Source: Octopus sinensis (Eukaryota). From it: a stretch of DNA of 41,619 nt. A model generated the notes under the pieces. The model ran no database searches, had not been told where the DNA came from, and saw only the letters and a program-made list of their open reading frames with translations. A program made the translations under genes and the position numbers. The DNA is taken from the NCBI RefSeq assembly GCF_006345805.1, contig NW_021835229.1, forward strand, positions 1 through 41,619. Direction: 5' to 3'. Shown piece after piece: positions 37,080 to 41,619 of this stretch. Numbering within the stretch: position 1 is the stretch's first letter; every line of letters begins with the position of its first letter.

Positions 37080-37744
37080 ATATATATATATATATATATA
37101 TATTAATACACACACATATACATACACACACACATACATATATATGTATATATCTACTCGTACATTCACATACGTAAATATATAAGTGCATAACTAATAT
37201 ATACTATTGATATATTTACATACATCTTATATGACGATTATGTGTATATCGACGAATAACTTGATACATAGGCAAGTGTTTATATATGCATAAATATTTA
37301 CGCATACATATGTGCAAATCTACATAAATAAATATATGGATGCATACATGTATATATATGTGTGTGTGTGTGTATACAATATATAGTATTACATGTAATG
37401 AGGAAAGGCAGATAAACAGTTAAAGAAGTGAAGGTAAGTACGAGACGATGATTATTGAAGACGCGAGAAAATTTAGAGTAAAAGAGATGAATTTTTGAAT
37501 TTGAACCTATAGTGAGGTGTGTGTAGAGAACGACATGTGTGTGTGTATGTGTGTGTGTGTATAAATTAATCAGTTGTAGGATCCGTTAGAATCAAGGTAT
37601 TTTATATTCAGGTCACCAGGACAGGGTGGAGTTTAACCCATATGTACACGTAGCACATACATATCTATATATCTCCATATGCATACACGCATGTAGGTTC
37701 ACGATTCAATGCAAGTTCTAGCTCCAACATAGGGAAGGTGTCTG

Positions 37745-38200
37745 CATAAAAAAAGAACACGAATGGGTTTAAAGGTTCCTTACAGCTGTTTCAGATGCAT
37801 TGTTATAGATGAATAGTTCAATTACAACGATTACATCATTAACAAGAAACCGTTATCATCAGGTGGACTAAAGAGAACAGAGAAGACACGTGGGATGGAG
37901 AGTAGCTGAAGAGGTCACAGGATGTGTGACGAAAGATTTCTAGGCAAAGGATATAAAATAAGAACAATGATAAATCTGAAGGGGAAAATGAATATATAGT
38001 GCGTGTATTTATTCGGTGAAAAAGAGAAAAAAAAGAAAAAGAAAAGGGGGAAATGTCCATCACGAAACACAACATTATCTGTTTCAACATACAAAAGCAC
38101 ACATCAGCATCTTGCAAAACAAAAATACATAACGATTAAAATTTAGTTAGGAGGGAAAAAATTACAAGATCTAGAACAACCCTATCTGTTAGCCGTGTAA
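37745..38200. mobile_element. Possible Penelope-like remnant with divergent degenerate hammerhead cores
   Basis: Plus strand CTGAAGA-G-GTCACA..TGTGAC-GAAA (37906-37934); minus strand CTGATGA (37856-37862) ... GAAA-CAGCTG-TA (37781-37792). Confidence 0.4.
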
Positions 38201-38220
38201 CTATATATATAAATATATAT

Positions 38221-38623
38221 ACTCTTTTGCTCTTTTGCTTGTTTCAGTCATTTGACTGCGGCCATGCTGGAGCACCGCCTTTAATCGAGCAACTCGACCC
38301 CGGAACTTATTCTTTTTGTAAGCCCAGTACTTATCCTATCGGTCTCTTTTGCCGAACCGCTAAGTAACGGGGCATAAACACCACCAGCATCGGTTGTCAA
38401 GCAATGCTAGGGGAACCAACACAGACACACAAACACACACACACACATATATATAATACATATATACGACGGCTTCTTTCAGTTTCGTTACCAAATCCAC
38501 TCACAAGGCTTTGGTCGGCCCGGGGCTATAGCAGAAGACACTTGCCCAAGATGCCACGCAGTGGGACTGAACCCGGAACCATGTGGTTGGTAGCAAGTAC
38601 TTACCACACAGCCACTCTGCGCC
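38221..38623 (-). mobile_element. Family C SINE, full length
   Basis: Collinear with 39689-40098 and 18784-19280. Confidence 0.9.
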
Positions 38624-38662
38624 TAGATATATATATATATATATTAATATATATATATATAT

Positions 38663-38706
<44 letters not shown>

Positions 38707-38765
38707 TATTATAGATATATATTATATATATATAATATATATATATATATACTATATATATATAT

Positions 38766-38796
<31 letters not shown>

Positions 38797-38811
38797 ATAT
38801 ATATATATATA

Positions 38812-38858
38812 GGCGCAGGAGTGGCTGTGTGGTAAGTAGCTTGCTAACCCAACCACAT
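38812..38858 (+). mobile_element. Family C SINE head only
   Basis: GGCGCAGGAGTGGCTGTGTGGTAAGTAGCTTGCT within (TA)n. Confidence 0.8.
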
Positions 38859-38877
38859 AAATATATATATATAATAT

Positions 38878-38935
<58 letters not shown>

Positions 38936-39490
38936 TATATATATATATATTATATTAAATTAGAGATAAAACCACTATTAGGCAAAATCATACAATGAAA
39001 AACTTAAGCCAATACATAAGATTAATTAATTTATATTATTTTAAATATATATCAGAATTATTAAAAAAAGATAATTAGTATAATATTTTACTATAAAATT
39101 GGATTCAATCCTAAATCTGATTTTTCCCTGTAAGTTTGGATTTATTCCCTAATATTTTATTATATATATATATATTCACATATACATATACATATATACA
39201 CACACACACATGTGTGTGTGTGTGTGCATGGGTAGATACGAGTCTTATGCATACGGAAAACCCTATTTTTTCTCCATCGAGGACTTATATACCCTGATAT
39301 AGGACTATTTTCTTTAGTCATTACACGGTAATTGTTTGTAAGCTTTAAGCTTATAACACACACACACGTATATCATATCAGTATCATATGCATAGAGTAC
39401 ACACACAACACACACACACACACACACACCACACACACACCACACACACGACGGTATTCTGAGTAATTTTTGCCATTTACTCACTCTTAG

Positions 39491-39687
39491 AGGCAGTAGA
39501 TTAACAGAATCTGGACAAAGTATTCACGATATTTGTTCCGGCTATACTCTTCTCAGTTCAACGCCAACGGAGTTTCACTTTACTCTTTATCTTCTCCGCG
39601 GTCGATAAAATAAAGAACCAGTCTAGTACTGAGATCGATCTAATTGACTGTCCCCATAAAATATCTGGTCATATGCCTAAATTAGGA
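39491..39687 (+). mobile_element. Diverged family D SINE
   Basis: GGTCGATAAAATAA..ACCAGT core and a degenerate tail. Confidence 0.6.
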
Positions 39688-39688
39688 A

Positions 39689-40098
39689 CTCTTTTACTCC
39701 TTTACTTGCTTCAGTCATTTGACTACGGCCATGCTGGAGCACCACGCTTAGTCGAACAAATCGACCCTAGGACTTATTCTTTGTAAGCCTAGTACTTACT
39801 CTATCGGTCTTTTTTGCCGAACCGCTAAGTTTTGGGGACGTAAACACACCTGCATCGGTTGTCAAGTGATGTTGGGAGGACAGACACAGACACACAAACA
39901 TATGCACACACACATAGATACATATATATGTACATATATACGGCGGGCTTCTTTCAGTTTCCGTCTACCAAATCCACTCACTTTGGTCGGCCCGAGGCTA
40001 TAGTAGAAGACACTTGCCCAAGGTGCCGTGCAGTGGGACTGAACCTGGAACCATGTGGTTGGTAAGCATGTTACTTACTACACAGCCACTCCTACGCC
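39689..40098 (-). mobile_element. Family C SINE, full length
   Basis: Same head, internal CA/TA tract and tail as the other copies. Confidence 0.9.
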
Positions 40099-40445
40099 TA
40101 TGCTATTAATCTCATCTTTAAACATGGAACGCTCCTTCATTTATTATAAATAATAAAGTTACTATAGAGACTGGATTATTTCTGATAGACAAACCAATTC
40201 ATAATGAAGAGATATGGAAGGGACAATTCTCTAAAGTAAAAAGAGGTTAAAGGTCAAACATATTGCAATTTCTAATGTCCAGTGTCCTTTATTAAATGGA
40301 AAACTTCATGTTTATTTATGGAAGGAGCATCATTTTTTAATCATATTATATCCTTTGTTTACATTTAATTATATAATTAATAAATCGATTAGTTAATTAA
40401 TCATTGAAACATTCCTAATGAATCTAGTAATAATTTATTATTATT

Positions 40446-40651
40446 GAGCTGGCAGAATCGTTAGCACGCCGGGTGAATTGCTTAGTGATATTTCGTATGT
40501 CTTTACGTTCTGAGTTCAAATTCCGCCGATGTCGACTTTGCCTTTCATCCTTTCGAGGACGATAAATTAAGTACCAGCAGAGTACTTGGGTCGATGTAAT
40601 CGATTTACTCCCGCCTCACAAATTTCAGGCCTTGTGCCTCCAGTAGAACGG
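40446..40651 (+). mobile_element. Family D SINE
   Basis: Head, B box, core and AAATTTCAGGCCTTGTGCC tail. Confidence 0.9.
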
Positions 40652-40705
40652 ATTATTATTATCATCTTCATCATCATATATTCAATAAGAAAGAGTTATA
40701 ATATT

Positions 40706-40918
40706 GGTTTCAAACACTGGTCTAAGACCAGCGATTTCGGAGGAGGGGAAAGTCGATTACATCGACCCCAGTGCGTAACTGGTACTTAATTTATCGACCC
40801 CGACAGGATGAAGGGCAAAGTCGACCTCGGCGGAATTTGAACTCAGAACGCAGACATGTACGAAATGCCGAGAAGTATTCTGCTACGCGCAGTAACGATT
40901 CCGCCAGCTCACCACCTT
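40706..40918 (-). mobile_element. Family D SINE with an alternative tail
   Basis: 18-bp TSD AGAAAGAG(T/C)TATAATATT (40688-40705, 40919-40936). Confidence 0.9.
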
Positions 40919-41153
40919 AGAAAGAGCTATAATATTAATTTTGATTAGGTATTTTCCATATCAAAGTGAGATTCCTAAGACTGTTTCGAATCCAACGTAG
41001 AACTCTTATACATTCATTAATGTTCTTGAATAAGAAAAGAAAAAAAAGAACTCTTATCTCCGATCTAATATGAGTGTATTTGTCCACTTATATATATAGT
41101 ATACAAACAAACATTACATATACATACATGTTTATATAGATATATATGTATAC

Positions 41154-41241
<88 letters not shown>

Positions 41242-41619
41242 ATGTATGTATGTATCGAAAGATAAGAAAGAGAAAGCAAAAGTGAAGGAAAGAGAAAAGT
41301 ATGGAGACGTGCTAAGTATGTAAGATGCAAATATGTATGAATGCTATGTGTTTGTATGTAAATTGTTCATATTTTATATGCTTATATGTGTGCCTATATG
41401 TATGTGTGAATTTTGCTGTTGCAGTGATTGGGGTTATGTGTGTGGCGATAATAAATCTCGAGACAATTTATGTAAAAGCCAATTTTCGGTAATGAATGTC
41501 CTTCATAAATCAATATGTTTGTGTAGATATTCATACTGCTGCGGTTTTTATTGTGAGAAAATGTCATACGATGCGTCGGAGAGCTTAGAGCTGCTGTCCT
41601 AATTGACAACTCAATTAGA

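Overview
AT-rich eukaryotic (animal) DNA, dense in microsatellites and interspersed repeats. The repeat families and TTAGGG motifs suggest a coleoid cephalopod such as Octopus (inference). The only host coding sequence I can support is one 119-nt + strand exon (23126-23244) of a choline acetyltransferase (ChAT)-type gene, missed by the ORF track. The rest is probably two very large introns. They hold at least four tRNA-derived SINE families (several with TSDs), four Merlin-like MITEs (GGATC termini, 8-bp TSDs; three carry TTAGGG repeats), a non-autonomous Helitron, R4/Dong, Tx1 and RTE LINE remnants, and an LTR remnant. Highlights: (1) several Penelope-like elements, two of them palindromic, carry type I hammerhead ribozyme motifs; each copy is damaged but the consensus is intact; (2) a Tx1-like LINE splits an R4/Dong endonuclease domain at ATAGATAGA, next to a long (GATA)n tract; (3) one SINE tail resembles the Tx1 3' end. 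Almost all ORF-track proteins are microsatellite or SINE artefacts. All family assignments are by eye, without database searches.
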